Source: Clostridiaceae bacterium
GTDB taxonomy: Bacteria; Bacillota; Clostridia; Saccharofermentanales; DTU023
Reading direction: 5' to 3'
Assembly: GCA_012799825.1 (NCBI GenBank)
Contig: JAAZKK010000023.1
Span: 3,953 to 67,952 of the forward strand
DNA length: 64,000 nucleotides
A program made the position numbers and the translations under genes. The stretch's first letter is position 1. Every line of letters begins with the position of its first letter. Of the stretch, positions 63,850-64,000 are shown one piece after another. The notes beneath the pieces were generated by a model that saw nothing but the letters and a program-made list of their open reading frames with translations, made no database searches and was not told where the DNA came from.

Positions 63850-64000
63850 TTGATCAAAACGCTTGAATTGGCCAATGGCATGTTTGTCAGCAAATCAATT
63901 GCTGAAGTAACCTCTGTTCCTCACTATTCATTATTATCTGATGAACTTGACCGCGCCAATTATTTAAACCAAGTTTTGTTCACTCAACTTCTTCAAACTG
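63850..64000 (+). CDS. 5' part of a further ORF running off the window (hypothetical)
   Basis: The frame is open from the TTG at 63850 to the window end (LIKTLELANGMFVSKSIAEVTSVPHYSLLSDELDRANYLNQVLFTQLLQT). A ggaaggag RBS lies 7 nt upstream, 22 nt after the previous stop. Confidence 0.35.
   Translation, partial: MIKTLELANGMFVSKSIAEVTSVPHYSLLSDELDRANYLNQVLFTQLLQT

Noticed and set aside
54326-64000. I looked for integrase, transposase, recombinase or phage genes, and for a repeat of the tRNA-Pro 3' end, to define the low-GC region as a classical genomic island.
   Set aside because: None of the ORFs has recombinase-like motifs, and I could not spot a tRNA-Pro 3'-end repeat by eye. The island call therefore rests only on composition and the synteny break, and I report it as a hypothesis.

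Overview
This window looks like a chromosomal segment of a moderately GC-rich Firmicute with Clostridia-like gene order. About 10-54 kb is a conserved housekeeping backbone. It runs parE-parC, aspartokinase, efp, an Asp23 operon, nusB-xseA-xseB-ispA-dxs-nadK-argR-recN, hutH, rny, rnhA, ftsK, cinA, murJ, recA-recX, rimO, pgsA, and acpP-rnc-smc-ftsY-ylxM-ffh-rpsP-KH-rimM-trmD. It also holds a His-Gln-Lys tRNA operon and a single tRNA-Pro. Three regions are not ordinary. (1) At 0-2.6 kb, a sigI/rsgI-type pair has an anti-sigma factor that ends in a ~120-residue poly-aspartate tail. Next to it is a lipoprotein that copies the RsgI juxtamembrane domain and carries a ~150-residue poly-Asp tail. (2) At 3.1-9.5 kb, an alcohol dehydrogenase fused to a four-cluster polyferredoxin sits beside a tungsten-type aldehyde:ferredoxin oxidoreductase, a MoaD-like protein lacking the Gly-Gly end, and an ADP-forming acetyl-CoA synthetase. 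(3) The conserved order breaks right after trmD: rplS is absent, and trmD is bracketed by degenerate copies of its own 5' and 3' ends. From ~56.3 kb to the window end there is a lower-GC, tightly packed gene set. It encodes a 1005-aa Zn-ribbon/Sel1/TPR membrane protein, a YdjI-type SPFH protein with three C-terminal Zn-ribbons, a 4-TM protein, a 664-aa Zn-ribbon/helical-repeat protein, and at least one more ORF running off the window. This last cluster is my best candidate for an undescribed system. It resembles a PspA-less, expanded relative of the B. subtilis pspA-ydjGHI membrane module, or a membrane-acting defence module. I saw no rRNA, CRISPR array, transposase or integrase. All calls rest on reading the sequence and ORF translations by eye; no searches were run.
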